52,128 nt of DNA from Chiloscyllium plagiosum (Eukaryota). Shown here one piece after another: positions 49,495 through 52,128 of the stretch. A program made the translations under genes and the position numbers. Within the stretch, counting starts at the first letter, position 1; every line of letters begins with the position of its first letter. The notes below the pieces were generated by a model, which worked only from the letters and a program-made list of their open reading frames with translations, had not been told where the DNA came from and searched no databases. The DNA is taken from contig NC_057720.1 of NCBI RefSeq assembly GCF_004010195.1, positions 14,355,729-14,407,856 on the forward strand, given 5' to 3'.

Positions 49495-50040
49495 TATCAG
49501 AAGTCTTCACCACATGGGAAAATTCAGAGATTGAATCATATGTGACGTTCAGTTGAGGGGTTAAAATGAGACCCTGTGCAGCTTCTCGTGGTGAATATAA
49601 AAGATTCTGTGGCACCATTTCACAGAAGCGCTGAACGTTTGCCTGCAAGCTGCTGGCTAAGATTTATCCCTCACCCAGGAAAACAGATTATCTTGTCTTA
49701 CTGCTGTTTCTGTGGGATCTTGCTGTGCACAATTTGATAGCTGTATTATCTCCACAGTGGGCAGAAGTGGGTACTGCAGATGCTGGAAATTACAGCCAAG
49801 ATTAGAGTGTGCTGGAAAAACACAGGAGGCCAGGCAGCATCCAAGGAGCAGGAAAATCGATATCCCGAGCAAAAGCCCTTCATCAGGAATCGATTTTCAT
49901 GCTCCTTGGGTGCTGTCTGACCTGCTGTGCTTTTCCAGCACCACTCCTATCTCCACAACAAGGAATTCAATCAAGCACTTTGGGATTTTGTCGGGTTGGG
50001 AAAGGAGCCATGTAAATGCAATAAATGCAAAACTTTCTTA
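49495..50040 (+). mobile_element. Deu-domain SINE, interrupted by a PLE hairpin
   Basis: aaagattctgtggcaccattt...atttatccctcacc...aaacagattatct...tgtgggatcttgctgtgcacaa...aagcactttggga...ataaatgcaa. Confidence 0.7.
49757..49947. mobile_element. PLE-derived hairpin element with 10-bp TSD
   Basis: TSD tatctccaca at 49747-49756 and 49948-49957; inversion point near 49888. Confidence 0.85.
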
Positions 50041-51484
50041 TTACTTATGAGTCGAGGTGCATTACCACAGTGAGGTCTAAATGTAGGGGAGGGGGTTTAA
50101 TTTCCAATCAAGGGTGAGCAGGGGTGGTGGTACTGTATGGGGATGGTTAGTTAACAGTTTAGGACAGTGTTGTACAGAAAATATTGTTGGAGGTGTGGGA
50201 GGTTGCGCACTGTCAGAGTGCAACAAGGGGGTATTCAGCATGCTCAATGTAAGCAATTTTAGGAATGGGAGAGTTGAGCATTGCAGGCATGTGGGCCTGG
50301 TTAGCATTGTCAGGAGGGGCTAGAATTGTTGGGGTGTGGGTGGGGGGAGCGTTCACGAGAAGCAGGAGTTGTTCTATTCAACCTTTCCTAATGAGCAGCT
50401 CCCACGATTAATTACTGCCCTGCACCTGGGATGAACTGCAGGAAGTGGATGCAATACATAGCTGAGTAAATATACTGCATCAAACCCAAATCTCTGACTT
50501 GAAGGTCAATGTCAGAGACATTTCCAGAACAGCTCAGGTACCTAGCACAAATTTTTAATATATATATATATATATAAAAAACCAGAAGTGCTCTGAGGCA
50601 AAACTGAACATTTTTTCTCCATCACTAAATTATTTTCTCATCAATTAACCACCATCAGTAAATCCAACACAAGTTTACTCCCCAGGTAAATATCCCACAG
50701 GTGAGCAGTATGAGACTTCTTCAGGGTGCCAACAGACGTCTGGACATTTGGAAGATCTGGACCCATGATTGAAGTGTTAATCTGATTAAAAATTAGATCT
50801 GAAATCAGATTTTTACTTTGAACTTCATGTCTATACTGTGAAACTGTATTAACATTGTCAGAGGGAACAAAAGAGATGGGAATCTACAAAAATAGTAAAT
50901 AGACTTTTAAGGACAATTTTATACTTTGAGTGGTTTGTTGATATCCAGCTTTGCAATAGCTTTTGTCAGGACATGCCAGCTCAGTGGACTGTACAAGCTG
51001 TCGCTCACAATGAACAGTGCTGCCACTATCCTCTTTAAGTGTAGGACCATACAAGCCCTGCTTTATTAGTGTGGTAGAGGAAATCCACTTCCTGGCCTAA
51101 CTAGAAGAGGCCGTTGTCACAAACAAGATCTGGTTTATTGCATGTTAACAAGTAGTTGAAAATTATATTGATGTAACAGACAGTTCTATTACAATAAGAT
51201 CATCAAGATGGTGGTGGCAGAGAAGGCAGCATTCTGGCTTCTGAGATCAAGCTTGTCCACCTGACCTGCATTTTTCTTTTCTTCCTTTTTCCTTCTACCC
51301 CTCCCTTTTCCTCAAACTTACCTGATACAGAGAGCTCTTCAGCAGGAGGACGCTTCGATAGGCTCTGGAGCGGTGGTGGTGTTTTCAGGGGCAGCGCAGC
51401 TACAGAATCGGTCGGTCGGCCTGTGAAGCCTAGAGTGGGCCTGTCATTTCCACATGGAGTGAGTCCCTGATGGTGGCATAGCCT

Positions 51485-51613
51485 GGGCTTGTGTAGCCCG
51501 GAGTGGGACACTTTCTCAGCTGCATTGTGTGGGCTGGTGTAGCCAGGAGTGGGACACTCTCTCTGGGGCATGGTGTGGGCTGGTGGAGCCCAGAGTGGGA
51601 CACTCTCTCTGGG
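51485..51613. repeat. 46-bp GC-rich minisatellite, about 2.8 copies
   Basis: Units start at 51485, 51531 and 51577 (gggct.gtg.agcc..gagtgggacact). Confidence 0.88.
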
Positions 51614-51614
51614 A

Positions 51615-52128
51615 CATAGAACATTCCAGCGCAGTACAGGCCCTTCAGCCCTCGATGTTGTGCCGCCCTGTCATACTAATCTGAAGCCCATCCCACCTAC
51701 ACTATTCCATGTACGTCCATATACCTGTCTAATGACGACTTAAATGCACTTAAACTTGGCAAATTTACTACCGATGCAGGCAAAGCATTCCATACCCTTA
51801 CTACTCTCTGAGTAAAGAAACTATCTCTGACATCTGTCTTATACATATCTCCCCTCACTTTAAAGTTGTGTCCCCTCATGTTTGCCATCCCCGTACTTGG
51901 AAAAAGGCTTTCCTGTCCACCCTATCTAACCCTCTGATTATCTTGTATGTCTCTATTAAGTCACCTCTCAACCTTCTTCTCTCTAACGAGAACAGCCTCA
52001 AGGCCCTCAGCCTTTCCTTGTAAGACATTCCTTCCATACCAGGCAACATCCTAGTAAATCTCCTCTGCACCCTTTCCAAAGCTTCCACATCTTTCTTATA
52101 ATGCGGTGACCAGAACTGTACACAATAC
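51615..52128 (-). mobile_element. CR1 3' end running off the window
   Basis: EALERVQRRFTRMLPGMEGMSYKERL...FFTQRVVRVWNALP. Confidence 0.93.

Noticed and set aside
51203..51571. 122-aa minus-strand ORF
   Set aside because: Built from the minisatellite and a purine tract; no recognisable domain.
51485..51613. Regular repeats read as a CRISPR-like array
   Set aside because: Eukaryotic context; the spacers are homologous to each other, so it is a minisatellite.

Overview
AT-rich vertebrate non-coding DNA, intronic or intergenic. The repeat content (HE1/V-SINEs, Deu-domain SINEs, HER1/CR1 LINEs) points to an elasmobranch, probably a shark. No host protein-coding exon could be identified with confidence; the recognisable ORFs in the track are decayed transposon frames, microsatellite frames or N-gap artefacts. 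The window is a layered transposon graveyard: many 5'-truncated and nested CR1 LINEs (one near full length), L2/Crack-like and Rex1-like LINE ends, several tRNA-derived SINE families, a CpG-rich solo LTR with a 5-bp TSD, a Tigger-like MITE and a probable Harbinger fossil. The most striking signal is about 15 short Penelope-like element (PLE) termini. Several form head-to-head hairpins, many have 10-16 bp target-site duplications, and most carry a minimal type I hammerhead ribozyme core (CUGANGA-A-stem II-GAAA-CGUH). Their truncation and inversion breakpoints cluster at the ribozyme. An open PLE reverse transcriptase frame sits beside an assembly gap. Repeat family names come from recalled consensus motifs, not a database search. 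Boundaries are approximate (about 10-30 bp) unless a TSD fixes them.
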